Position numbers and translations under genes: made by a program. The notes under the pieces are model-generated. The model ran no database searches. It saw nothing but the letters and a program-made list of their open reading frames with translations, and was not told the origin of the DNA. Shown here one piece after another: positions 36,547 to 46,256 of a stretch of 64,000 nt of DNA. Where the stretch lies: the NCBI GenBank assembly GCA_964486505.1, contig CAZAMC010000001.1:170133-234132 (forward strand), in the 5' to 3' direction. The stretch comes from an uncultured Gammaproteobacteria bacterium. GTDB lineage: Bacteria > Patescibacteriota > Patescibacteriia > PEXW01. Numbering within the stretch: the stretch's first letter is position 1; each line of letters starts with the position of its first letter.

Positions 36547-37278
36547 CTACCGCTTCGTAGTTGACCTGGAACGCAAAGATTTCTTCAGCCGCAGAAAATG
36601 TTCGGCAGCCCGCACGGCAAATGTGGCAGACCGGTGCGCGTCATGCGTCTTTAGGAACGCCGCTACGAATGCAGCAAAAAATGTATCGCCCGCACCAAGC
36701 GTGTTGGGAGCAGAAATACGCCGAGGGGTAATGGTAAAACTCTTCCCCTGCACGTACACCCGGAGTGGCCGTGCGCCACGGGTAATGAGCAAGATGTGCT
36801 GCTTAAAGATTTCGAGCGTTGCCTTTGGAATCCACCGAGATTCATGCGCTGTCGTCTTCACAACATCAAGAAGCTTGGCGATGCGTGGCGCGATGATGAG
36901 CCGCTTCTTGCCCTTCACTTTCTCTGCACGCACGTACCCTTGCAAGTCCACACAGCGTAGGCCCTGTAAATCAGATAGGCGGTGCAAATCAAATTCATTC
37001 ATGAGCGTGGAAATAACAAAGGCATCCGCTTTTTCAAATTTCTTCACCTTCATAAGCGACGGGCGCTGCGTCACCTGTCCGCGTTCAAATCCTGACCGCA
37101 GTTCAATACGAACTCTACCGGGGCGCCGGCTTTGCGTAGTACGAACGCGGAAGGGTTGGGTTCGGAAGTACTGCTGTAACCAGAGCAAGGGTCCGCCGAC
37201 CCGGTCTTCATGCTCCCTCGTGCCTGTGCGGACCACTTGATCAATCGCTCGGCTGGAAATGATGTGCACCGTTTTCAT
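36547..37278 (-). CDS. PfkB-family (ribokinase-like) sugar/nucleoside kinase
   Basis: C-terminal GAGDTFFAAF anion-hole motif in a 243-aa ORF. Confidence 0.7.
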   Translation of the reverse strand: MKTVHIISSRAIDQVVRTGTREHEDRVGGPLLWLQQYFRTQPFRVRTTQSRRPGRVRIELRSGFERGQVTQRPSLMKVKKFEKADAFVISTLMNEFDLHRLSDLQGLRCVDLQGYVRAEKVKGKKRLIIAPRIAKLLDVVKTTAHESRWIPKATLEIFKQHILLITRGARPLRVYVQGKSFTITPRRISAPNTLGAGDTFFAAFVAAFLKTHDAHRSATFAVRAAEHFLRLKKSLRSRSTTKR

Positions 37279-37299
37279 GCACTCACTGTAGCATTTTAC

Positions 37300-37335
37300 T
37301 CTGAAAATAAAAGAAAGGTGACCGTAGCCACCTTT
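37300..37335 (-). terminator. rho-independent terminator (minus strand)
   Basis: AAAGGTG-accgtagc-CACCTTT hairpin followed on the minus strand by CTTTTATTTTC, just downstream of the HAD gene stop. Confidence 0.55.
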
Positions 37336-37343
37336 CGCACGAA

Positions 37344-37976
37344 TTACTGCACAGACGCTAGTTCAAGCAAAGAATGAATTTGACGATGCTTGTGCTGAGC
37401 AAGCACCCCTGCACCGTTGGGGATGAAGTGTACCGTGCCCCAACCACGACTGTGCGCAACGTCGAGATTCGCTGCAGTGTCATCACACAGTACCAAATGC
37501 CTGCGCGGGTATGCATGCTCAACATGTGCGAATGCTGAGGGATCAGGCTTCCCCCGGAAATTAATTTCCTCAATGCCAAAGATTGTTGAGAATACTTCCG
37601 ATACGCCCAAGTACGTAACCACCTGGCGTACCCATACCTTCGGTGAGTTCGAGAGCGCAACTTTCGTTCCGGGAAGCGCGGCGAGCATTTTGCGAACGTC
37701 CTCGGCCATGGGTAGCACACCGCACTGTCGTAAATCGAGCTGGCCGTACGTGGCCGCTACACTCGCAGCAAAATCGTTCCCGTACTCCTTGTGGAATGCC
37801 ACCAAGCTAAACTCCGTGTTGTACTTTTCTCGTAGCCGGATACGTTCCTGCTCCACGCCTTCTTCGGTCATGTCCAAGAGTTTGGAAAAGTACTTTCGAA
37901 CGTGCGCAGTGAAAACGTCATGGATTGTCGAACAATCGGGGTACAGCGTGCCGTCACAATCAAAAACCCAAACCAT
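37344..37976 (-). CDS. HAD-superfamily hydrolase, subfamily IA (pyrimidine 5'-nucleotidase-like)
   Basis: VWVFDCDGTLY motif I at the chosen start, which has a GAAGGGA RBS. ...LSNSPKV and ...CDD motifs follow. Confidence 0.7.
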   Translation of the reverse strand: MVWVFDCDGTLYPDCSTIHDVFTAHVRKYFSKLLDMTEEGVEQERIRLREKYNTEFSLVAFHKEYGNDFAASVAATYGQLDLRQCGVLPMAEDVRKMLAALPGTKVALSNSPKVWVRQVVTYLGVSEVFSTIFGIEEINFRGKPDPSAFAHVEHAYPRRHLVLCDDTAANLDVAHSRGWGTVHFIPNGAGVLAQHKHRQIHSLLELASVQ

Positions 37977-38098
37977 AGGTTTCCCTTCTGTTGTCAAACA
38001 AGCAATGTGATTTTCCAACACCTTAGGAAATTTGCACGCATATGTCAAAAGTATGACGTTCTCCACGCCTTACTCCTTGCACGCCGCCCTTTCTGCCC

Positions 38099-40900
38099 TT
38101 ACTTCACTTTCGCCGTCCCCTGCGCTTCAATCTTCACCTCCACGGGCGTTATTGGCAAGGTGAACTGGAAGCAACTCCCCTTCCCCGTGCCCTCACTCTC
38201 CACCCAAATCTTCCCGCCGTGCACCTCAATGATCCTGCGCGCCACGTAAAGCCCTAGGCCCGAGCCATCCGGATTCACCTGCGCAATGCCATAGCCGCGG
38301 ACGAACTTGTTGAAGAGCCCCCGCGCTTCTTTGGGGTCTAAACCACGGCCGGTGTCTTGCACCTTCACGTGCACCAAGTCCCCTTCCCGCTCACTGGTAA
38401 TGGTAATACTCCCCTTGGGCGTGTACTTAATGGCATTATCTACCAGGTTAAGCACCACGTCGGTAATTTTGTCATCAATGGAAAGCAGCGGCAATTTTTC
38501 CTTGGGCCGCTTGTATTGGAGCTTCAGGCCTTTGTCGGAAGCCAACTTCTTCAGCACGTCGAGCTCTTTTTCAATGAGGTCTTCCAGCTGCGACGGTCGC
38601 TTATCAAGCACCAGCTTACCGCTCTCAATCTTGGTCACGTCCAGGAAGAGGTTGATGAGCCTGATCATGCGCTGGCTTGCATCCAGCAAGCTCTCCAGCA
38701 CCTTTTGCAAGCTGGCATCAATCTTGCCAAAGTCACCGCCCACAATCATGGAAAGGTAACCCATGATGCCGGTCATGGGCGTGCGCAACTGGTGGCTGGC
38801 AATCGAAACAAACTCGCTCTTGGCTTGGTCCAGCTCTTTCAGGTGCTCGTTGGCTTCACCTAACTCCTTGTTGCTCTCCTCTAAGCGGCGGACCAGTTCA
38901 ATGTTCCGGTAGACCACCCCGGTTTGGTTGGCCATGGCTTGCATCATGTCCCGTTCGGTCTTGGTAATCAGGTTCGCTTCCTTGGCAATGACAAAGTCAA
39001 TGCAGCCCACCACTTCGCTCTCGGCAACAATGGGTACCGAAACAATGGTCTTAATCCCGGCAAACTTCTGGATTGCCCCGCACACCAACTTTGGCACGGG
39101 CGGGCTAAGGAAGTCTGCCAAATTCGTGCCGGTTCGTACTTGGTTAGCTTTCATTGCTTCAATATTCAATGTCCGGTCCACAGTGTAGTCGCCCCAGTAC
39201 TCCTTCAATGGTTTGGGCAGCATAGCAATGACCTTCTCGGTGATGGGGCTATTCGTCACGGCCTCCGGGAATACCTTGCGCCGGGATTCGCCAAGAAAGA
39301 GCAGCACCCCACCAACGAAGCCAAGCTCGGTGGCAATGGCGTCGACAATGGACTGCGTCACTTTCTTGAACTCCAAGGTTTGGGTAATGAGGTTGGTCAC
39401 CTTCTGGACGGCAGAGAGGAAGCGGTTACGGTCTTCCAGCTGCGCGTTCTTCTGCTTCACGCGCTCGGTGGCAATTTCTACTTCCTTCTGCAGCTTGACG
39501 TTGAAAAGCCGGATCTCTTCGTAGAGCCTGGCTTTTTCCAAGGCACTAGCAAGTTGCGGCCCTAGTAATTGAAGTAAGTTAAGATCGTCATTGCTATATG
39601 GGTCACCGGAGAGTTTCCCACCAAACACTAATAGTGCTGCTATCCTACCTTCGGCAACTATAGGGAATACAACAGCCGCTCCAATCTTCTCAAGCTCATT
39701 TTTTGAGTTCCCCAGGAGCGCCCGAGCCTGATCAGAACTTGTTTCTTCAATCCTTCTTTCTAAAGCTTCAAAAACAATGGAGCGTTTTTCCTTAGCCAAA
39801 TAGTTCACTATTGAACTTTCCCCTTCAATTTGTATTTGATTTCCATCAACTAAATTTTCACTCACATAAATGCTGCCGCCACTTACGGGCAAAAGTAGTC
39901 TTGTAAATTCAATTTTTAAGTACTGTGCAAATTTTTCTTCAACATCACTTAGTAAGTTCTGTAAATTAATTTCCTTATTTATACTTTCACTTAATGCGTG
40001 ACTCGCGGTTTCGTAATCAATGCGAGCCTTAAAGAACAACTTATCGGTAATTCTAGCAAAATACTTCTTTATCGGTTCAAGTATGATAACAATGATGATC
40101 GCTAAAACTATCTCAACTAGGATTTGAAGCCTGCTACTAGTAATCAGTGCGGGAATAAAAAAACTTGCTAAAACAAAAAATGTTGAAATTACGATAACAA
40201 CCAAAGAAAACGAAACTGTCCTCAGGATAATCAAACGTATATCTAGTAGATGGTGTTTAAATATTGAATACCCCAAGATTGCAATAAAAATAAACGATCC
40301 AACTAAATCTAGCTGACTGACTGTGGCAAATCCGAATAGCGGAAGTATAAAACTTGGGAAAACCGAAAGAATAGTAAATATCAAAGCTGCTGTTCCAGCA
40401 TAAAGCAACTGCAATCGTTTTAATCCAGTCGATCTGAATGCACCACGCAATGTAACAAAATCCATCAAGAATAGTGAAACGCCAATAAAAAGTGTGTAGA
40501 CTGGAAACAATAAACCAAATGTTCCTTCAAAATTTCCAAAATGAACAACGTCAACTCTCCCAATAATCAAACCTGGGATAAAACTCGAAATTGCAAAAAA
40601 TACAGAGAAAAAGATCGACACAGCCTTTCGCCGATTTGAGTCCCGTCCAGAAATTATGTAAAAGAACCAAAGTAACCCTGACCCCATAAGCAATGCGCCA
40701 AACCCATACTGCGCATAAACCCAAAGAGCTCTCTGATCAAAAGAGGTCATTAAATTAACAAACGCCCATAGTGCATTTATAAAAGCAATCAGGGCAAAAT
40801 ATTGATTTGTTTTTCTGGTTCGGTTTTTATAGGTTGCAAGAACTCCAAGGAATACACTAAAGAGTATAATTAAGGAAACTAAAATTCTTGTTAGTATCAT
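38099..40900 (-). CDS. sensor histidine kinase with multi-TM N-terminal sensor, GAF domain(s), HisKA and HATPase_c
   Basis: About 8 N-terminal TM helices, GAF-like regions, the H-box ELDQAKSEFVSIASHQLRTPMT, and N/G1/G2 ATPase boxes (DTGRGL, GSGLGL). There is no receiver domain. Confidence 0.85.
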   Translation of the reverse strand: MILTRILVSLIILFSVFLGVLATYKNRTRKTNQYFALIAFINALWAFVNLMTSFDQRALWVYAQYGFGALLMGSGLLWFFYIISGRDSNRRKAVSIFFSVFFAISSFIPGLIIGRVDVVHFGNFEGTFGLLFPVYTLFIGVSLFLMDFVTLRGAFRSTGLKRLQLLYAGTAALIFTILSVFPSFILPLFGFATVSQLDLVGSFIFIAILGYSIFKHHLLDIRLIILRTVSFSLVVIVISTFFVLASFFIPALITSSRLQILVEIVLAIIIVIILEPIKKYFARITDKLFFKARIDYETASHALSESINKEINLQNLLSDVEEKFAQYLKIEFTRLLLPVSGGSIYVSENLVDGNQIQIEGESSIVNYLAKEKRSIVFEALERRIEETSSDQARALLGNSKNELEKIGAAVVFPIVAEGRIAALLVFGGKLSGDPYSNDDLNLLQLLGPQLASALEKARLYEEIRLFNVKLQKEVEIATERVKQKNAQLEDRNRFLSAVQKVTNLITQTLEFKKVTQSIVDAIATELGFVGGVLLFLGESRRKVFPEAVTNSPITEKVIAMLPKPLKEYWGDYTVDRTLNIEAMKANQVRTGTNLADFLSPPVPKLVCGAIQKFAGIKTIVSVPIVAESEVVGCIDFVIAKEANLITKTERDMMQAMANQTGVVYRNIELVRRLEESNKELGEANEHLKELDQAKSEFVSIASHQLRTPMTGIMGYLSMIVGGDFGKIDASLQKVLESLLDASQRMIRLINLFLDVTKIESGKLVLDKRPSQLEDLIEKELDVLKKLASDKGLKLQYKRPKEKLPLLSIDDKITDVVLNLVDNAIKYTPKGSITITSEREGDLVHVKVQDTGRGLDPKEARGLFNKFVRGYGIAQVNPDGSGLGLYVARRIIEVHGGKIWVESEGTGKGSCFQFTLPITPVEVKIEAQGTAKVK

Positions 40901-42108
40901 TTTCTCGGAATCGAAATTACTTGACTTACGTTAAGAATTGTTTTCACCAGAGTATCAATTTGCTCTTCGGTGTGACCGGCAGTAACAGCAAGTCTTATCC
41001 TACCCTTATCCCTTGGTACCGCAGGCCAACGTACTGCGGGTCCGCAAATACCATTTTCAAGCAGCAGTCGGCTAAACATTATTGTTGTCTTTGTATCACC
41101 AGTGACTAATGGGACGATATGGGTTGAGCTACCTAAGGTATCAAAGCCAAGTTCATTCAATCTTTCTCGCAACATTTTTGCATTAGCTGAAAGTTTAACA
41201 ATAATCTCTGGGTGTTCATGAATATACTCAAGAGCCGCCATAACTGCGCCCACTATCACTGGGGAAAGTGAATCTGAAAACATGTACGAACGTGTAGTCA
41301 CGCGTAACAAGTCGATCAATTCCTTACTCCCAGAAACAAACCCTCCTGAAACACCAATGCCTTTACTAAAGGTCCCCATATTAATATCAACTTTTCCTTT
41401 TAGACCCAGGCTCACAGCAGTGCCGCCCCCATCGATCCCCAAAGCTCCAAACCCATGCGCATCATCCACCATCAGTAAAGCATCGTTTTCCTTAGCAACA
41501 TTATATATTTCACCTAAAGGGGCGATATCACCATCCATACTAAAGACGCCGTCGGTAATTATTAACTTTCTCAAAGCTTTATGGTCAGCTTCGGATATTT
41601 TATTGTTTAAGTCTCGCCAATCAAGGTGGTCAAATTTTACCATCTTCGCACCGCTCAACAAATTACCATCCACAATACTCGCATGATTATAGGAATCATT
41701 GTAAATTACGGCGCCTGGAAGACCCATCTTCTCAGCAAAATTCAATGGGTTCATTACCCCAGGAATGACGCCGATATTTGTGCCATAGCCTGAAGGAATC
41801 GTTAAGGCATCTTCATGCCCGGTGATTTTTGCAAGTTTCGATTCGAGTTCCTTATGAATTGCAAAAGTCCCTGTTAATATCCGCACACCTCCTGAACCAA
41901 CTCCAAAATCACGGAGCGTCTTAACTGCCTTTTCTTTTACTTCCTCATTATTCGCCAAATTAAGATAATTATACGATCCAAACATCAACACTTTTTTGCC
42001 AGCAATGACTACCTCCGGCCCCGTTGGAGTTTCAAGAACCATTTGGTCGGGGTACTTCAAATGATGCGAGATGAAATCTAGCGCCGCCCTAACATAATTA
42101 TCCTTCAT
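40897..42108 (-). CDS. alpha-oxoamine synthase family enzyme (8-amino-7-oxononanoate synthase / 2-amino-3-ketobutyrate CoA ligase / serine palmitoyltransferase-like)
   Basis: The PLP-lysine motif GTFSKGIG and a class II aminotransferase fold in 403 aa. The stop overlaps the kinase start by 4 nt. Confidence 0.8.
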   Translation of the reverse strand: MKDNYVRAALDFISHHLKYPDQMVLETPTGPEVVIAGKKVLMFGSYNYLNLANNEEVKEKAVKTLRDFGVGSGGVRILTGTFAIHKELESKLAKITGHEDALTIPSGYGTNIGVIPGVMNPLNFAEKMGLPGAVIYNDSYNHASIVDGNLLSGAKMVKFDHLDWRDLNNKISEADHKALRKLIITDGVFSMDGDIAPLGEIYNVAKENDALLMVDDAHGFGALGIDGGGTAVSLGLKGKVDINMGTFSKGIGVSGGFVSGSKELIDLLRVTTRSYMFSDSLSPVIVGAVMAALEYIHEHPEIIVKLSANAKMLRERLNELGFDTLGSSTHIVPLVTGDTKTTIMFSRLLLENGICGPAVRWPAVPRDKGRIRLAVTAGHTEEQIDTLVKTILNVSQVISIPRK

Positions 42109-42183
42109 AGTAGTATTTAGATATACCCATAATACTGATGCGCAATTCTACAATTATACCTGTAAAAGCCATACAAAATAATT

Positions 42184-43551
42184 TTAAACTTTGATCCTCT
42201 CAACGGCCTGCTTGTAGAGTCGGACGTTTAATAGTGCGTCGGTTGATTGCGTTTGCAACTGCTTCAATACTAGCACTTCCTGTGCGCCGTACGGTACCTT
42301 CCCCTTCCGTTGGCCGAGTACAAAGCAGCCTGCAAACACCTCGGTTTGACCAACTGGGACATAAGCCGACCAACGGCTTGATGACACTTCATCATGAATT
42401 TGCTTAAAACGTATATCTTCATCGAAACGGTATGGAAGTTCTTCACTGATAACAATCCTTCCGGTTGCTTGAAGATACGCTCGTAGTGCCGGTTTGAGAA
42501 CAAGTTCTTGAGAGTTGGCATCATAATACTCTACTGTGTCCACCCTGGCAGTTTCTAGGAATGCTTTTTGAACTACATTTTCCAAATCAGCTAGGGAGCG
42601 TTGCGATTTTAGTACAATTTTTAGCTGCTGCTGAATGACTTCTTGCTTTCGATCATGCAGTTCAAATCTTTTGTCAATAAAACTATAAATGTACTTTCGT
42701 AAAGGCTCAACGGTTAAGATCACAAGCAACCCAACAACCACTACCGAAGTTGAGTTGAGTTCTTTTGTCTCGCTGATGAGTGAGTCACGAAGAATCAGAA
42801 TAAGAACTAAGTACAACAACATCAACAGAAGGAACGAGGTGACGCGTACGATACTACGTTGAATTACTACTCGAACCTCAAGAAAGCGATAGCGAAAGAT
42901 TGCCCTAGTACAGAGGAGGGTAAATATAATTCCTACATTCGTAAGCAGGGAGTACAGGTCATTGGGAACCCGCTGGACAAGCACATTATACGCACTAAGT
43001 AGAATCAGTAGCCCAGCCGGAATGGTAAAACCAAAAAGTACATAACTTATCTGACGGCGAGGAATGCCTTCACTCTTTTTCCACAGTTCATATAGATATG
43101 CTCCACCTACCCCAAGCGCTAGCAACAGTAGCAGGACAATATATAACCCGTACAAAGGCTTAGAAATCTCTAGGGAGCCAGTTCCGGGTACTTGCGTAAA
43201 CGTTAAATTTGAAAAAGACAAGATAACGAGCAGGGCATACCCCACCAGTGATACTAACTGTAAGGTCTTTCTTCGCCTCTTTACGGGAGAATAGCTAAGT
43301 GCAAAAAGCGCAAACGTAAAGCAAACGTTGCTTGCCAAGAAAAAGTCTAACTTGGTGATTAACGTACTATCACCGTATAAGCCCTCAAAATTTGCAATGA
43401 GCAACCAGCCAACTATGCTGGCAATTAAAGCAAGGTAGTATCGGTTAGTAATACTTTTCTTCCACCCTCGGGCTGCCAAATAAGCAAGAAAGGCAAAAAG
43501 TCCAACATTAATTCCTGATAGAGCGTAGATTGCTAATCGACTTATGGACAT
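42184..43551 (-). CDS. multi-TM membrane protein with C-terminal cytoplasmic GAF-like domain (kinase-less sensor paralog)
   Basis: The N-terminal hydrophobic helix bundle resembles the kinase N-terminus and the C-terminal soluble domain is GAF-like. It has no HisKA or HATPase. Confidence 0.45.
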   Translation of the reverse strand: MSISRLAIYALSGINVGLFAFLAYLAARGWKKSITNRYYLALIASIVGWLLIANFEGLYGDSTLITKLDFFLASNVCFTFALFALSYSPVKRRRKTLQLVSLVGYALLVILSFSNLTFTQVPGTGSLEISKPLYGLYIVLLLLLALGVGGAYLYELWKKSEGIPRRQISYVLFGFTIPAGLLILLSAYNVLVQRVPNDLYSLLTNVGIIFTLLCTRAIFRYRFLEVRVVIQRSIVRVTSFLLLMLLYLVLILILRDSLISETKELNSTSVVVVGLLVILTVEPLRKYIYSFIDKRFELHDRKQEVIQQQLKIVLKSQRSLADLENVVQKAFLETARVDTVEYYDANSQELVLKPALRAYLQATGRIVISEELPYRFDEDIRFKQIHDEVSSSRWSAYVPVGQTEVFAGCFVLGQRKGKVPYGAQEVLVLKQLQTQSTDALLNVRLYKQAVERIKV

Positions 43552-43642
43552 AGGATTTTAGGAATTCTTACACTTTAATTTTCCCTCATTTTCATCTAAA
43601 ACGCAAGGTTTTTGAGAAAATGTCAAGAAGTAGCAGGCAAGT

Positions 43643-43676
43643 AAAAGCCCACGGGTATGCACCCATGGGCTTTGTT
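43643..43676 (-). terminator. rho-independent terminator (T-runs on both sides)
   Basis: AAAGCCCACGGGT-atgc-ACCCATGGGCTTT hairpin, downstream of the M23/FG-GAP gene stop. Confidence 0.55.
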
Positions 43677-43712
43677 AGCATTCGCTCAAACGTCTTTCCA
43701 AGGACCGTTGAG

Positions 43713-46154
43713 CTACTTCAGAAAAAGCATCTTCTTGGTTTCTAGGGCTTCCCCAGCCTGGATCCGGTACAGATAAACCCCTGAGGAGTGCTGGGTCGCA
43801 TCCCAGGTGACCTGGTGGTCACCGGCGGTTTGCGGCTCATCCACAAGGGTTGCCACCTTCTGGCCCAGGATGTTGAACACGTCCAGGGTCACGTGGCTCG
43901 CAGCCGGGAGGCTGTACGCAATCACGGTCACCGGGTTGAACGGGTTCGGGTAGTTCTGGTTGAGCGCGAAGTTCAGCGGAACCGATCCGTGCGGTTCCTC
44001 AGCGAGCACCTTCGGTGAGCCGCCGTTCCAGTCGAACTTGGCGACCAAGAAGGTGTTCGTGAAGTCCCAGCCGTACGCGGTGTGCTGCCACCAGAACGGC
44101 TGGTACGTGAAGGCCGTCCCCGAGGAGGTGAAGCAGTGAATAGCACTGTTGTACTCACCGTAGCGGTAGGCCATAGCGACATCCGCTCGTCCTTCGCCCG
44201 TAATGTCCCCCACCTGCATATACGGCACCGCGTCCAAACTGTAGTAGTCGGCAGACCACCAGTTGGACTGGTAGGTGAAACTCGACCCGGTGGACAGGAA
44301 CGTGTGCAACGACGTATTCGACGGCCCGTAGCGGTACGCCGTCACGACGTCGGCTTTGCCGTCGGCGTTGAGGTCACCCATTTCCAGGAACTTCACCGCG
44401 TCCAGGCTGTAGTAGTCGGCAGACCACCAGGTGGACTGGTAGGTGAAGCTCGAGCCCGTTGAGAGGAAGGTGTGGAATGAAGTATTCGACGCGCCGTAGC
44501 GGTACGCCAGGACGATGTCGTCCTTCCCGTCCCCGGTGATATCCCCGGCTGCCATGAATTTCACGCTGCTCGCGCAGTACCAGCCGTTGCCGCGCCACCA
44601 GCCTTCCGCGGGTGAACTCAGGAATCCCACGCCCGTGGAGAGCATGACGTGAAGGCGACTATCACAGCTACCGTAGTCGTAGAGCACCGCAATGTCGTCC
44701 TTGCCGTCGGCGTTGAAATCCCCCGCGGCCATGCCGTGGATCAGCGAGACGCAGTACCCGGTAGACTGCCACCAATACGGCTCGTAATCGAAGGCGACGC
44801 CGGTGGAGAGGAGCACGTGGATGCCGACTTGGCAGGCCCCGTACTGGTACACCGTAGCGATGTCCGCTACGCCGTTACCGTCGAAGTCGCCGGCCAGACT
44901 ACGGATGACGTACTGCAAGCAGTAGTCGTTCAGTATCCGCCAGCCGTTGTCACCCTGGTAGACGAAACCGGTGGTGTTCGAGAGCAGCATATGCGCCCGC
45001 GTCTGGCAGGACCCGTAATTATACAGGACCGCCACGTCGGCGTAGGCGTTTGGGGTGACTGGTGGCCGGGGCGGGTCAATGACTGTGACCTCAACGTAAT
45101 ATCCCTCATAGTATCCCTCAGGTGTCGAGAGGTAACCTTCGGAAGTGTTGTACATCCGAAAGTACTGCCTATATGTACCCGAAGGGTAGTTATCTGGGAC
45201 TCTCACAGTGAAGCTAAAGTTCGCATAATAGCTTTGACCTGGAGTGGACGGTAGGATGGTGGCTTCATTCGGCTTAACTACCCGCTGCGCGCTTATCCAA
45301 CCGCTAGTAGGATGTAGCCAGCTATCCTCGCCATTTCCGCTTTGGTTTGTCGCTCTTAGTTCAACGTAATTTGGATCAGATGAACTGTACCCGCTCCCCT
45401 TCCAAGTCTGATTACCAGTGTTTTTATAGCGCACAGTGAATGTCTCTTGCTGCCCACGCTGCATTACAATCGTAAATGGGCTTTGCGTCACCCAACGCTC
45501 CGTGAATACCACGGGAGGAGCGGGTGGTGGTGGTGTCGGGGATCCCAAGGGAGCGTGCGTCTCAATGTAGTTAATCGGTGCTACGAAGCCGTCCGTCGGC
45601 AGAGGGTCAGGCGGAGGGTCAGAGATAGGCACTCTACCAAAATATGTCGGGAGTTTCACCTCTGGATGGATGCCGAAATGCAAATGATCACTCCCGCCGT
45701 ACCAATGGCCAATCGTTGCAATCTGTTCTCCGGCGTAAACCACGTCACCCTTACTAAGTGATGATTGCACGTGCCCGTAGAACGCGAGAAACTTCGTACC
45801 ATCCGACAACTTGTGCTGGACAACAAGGCACACATTGCAGAAGTCAGAGTGGCCGGAATTACAGCAATTGTCGTTTTGCCCGACGTCACAAATTATGCTC
45901 CACGCGCCCAAACTTACGTAGTAGACCGTTCCGTCGGCAATAGCATACACAGCGTCTCCGAAGTCTGCCGAGACATCTTTGCCCAAATGGCAATAGCCAG
46001 TTGTGTAAGTTGGAGGTATAGCAAGGAAGCCCGCGTAACTCCCCCAATTTTTTGAGCCAGTTGGGTAGTAGAAACCGGTGGCAGTTTGCGGAAGCGCACG
46101 TGCCAGTGTGGGGACTGTGAATACAACAATCATTACCATTAACAGCCGTTTCAT
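43713..46154 (-). CDS. secreted M23 (LytM-type) peptidase fused to FG-GAP beta-propeller repeats and a T9SS-type C-terminal sorting domain
   Basis: A signal peptide, then M23 motifs (HLGKD..., GHVQSS..., HLHFGIH). At least 5 FG-GAP repeats follow (GDFDGNGVADIA, GDFNADGKDDIA, GDITGDGKDDIV, GDLNADGKADVV, GDITGEGRADVA). The C-terminus ...NYPNPFNP...GVYLYRI...K matches a Por_Secre_tail. Confidence 0.8.
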   Translation of the reverse strand: MKRLLMVMIVVFTVPTLARALPQTATGFYYPTGSKNWGSYAGFLAIPPTYTTGYCHLGKDVSADFGDAVYAIADGTVYYVSLGAWSIICDVGQNDNCCNSGHSDFCNVCLVVQHKLSDGTKFLAFYGHVQSSLSKGDVVYAGEQIATIGHWYGGSDHLHFGIHPEVKLPTYFGRVPISDPPPDPLPTDGFVAPINYIETHAPLGSPTPPPPAPPVVFTERWVTQSPFTIVMQRGQQETFTVRYKNTGNQTWKGSGYSSSDPNYVELRATNQSGNGEDSWLHPTSGWISAQRVVKPNEATILPSTPGQSYYANFSFTVRVPDNYPSGTYRQYFRMYNTSEGYLSTPEGYYEGYYVEVTVIDPPRPPVTPNAYADVAVLYNYGSCQTRAHMLLSNTTGFVYQGDNGWRILNDYCLQYVIRSLAGDFDGNGVADIATVYQYGACQVGIHVLLSTGVAFDYEPYWWQSTGYCVSLIHGMAAGDFNADGKDDIAVLYDYGSCDSRLHVMLSTGVGFLSSPAEGWWRGNGWYCASSVKFMAAGDITGDGKDDIVLAYRYGASNTSFHTFLSTGSSFTYQSTWWSADYYSLDAVKFLEMGDLNADGKADVVTAYRYGPSNTSLHTFLSTGSSFTYQSNWWSADYYSLDAVPYMQVGDITGEGRADVAMAYRYGEYNSAIHCFTSSGTAFTYQPFWWQHTAYGWDFTNTFLVAKFDWNGGSPKVLAEEPHGSVPLNFALNQNYPNPFNPVTVIAYSLPAASHVTLDVFNILGQKVATLVDEPQTAGDHQVTWDATQHSSGVYLYRIQAGEALETKKMLFLK
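44070..44560. repeat. intragenic tandem repeat, period about 168 bp, at least 3 units (encodes FG-GAP repeat units)
   Basis: Near-identical approximately 100-nt blocks start at 44239 and 44407 (CTGTAGTAGTCGGCAGACCACCAG...GTAGCGGTACGCC), with a more diverged unit upstream. Confidence 0.7.
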
Positions 46155-46256
46155 ACGGCCCTCCTTCTACCGACAGAGAACGCCGGTGTTGTTTAGGTTA
46201 TTCGGGTTGTAAAGGAACGCTCAGGTTTCTGTGTGAATAGCGAGTCTGCGACTCGA

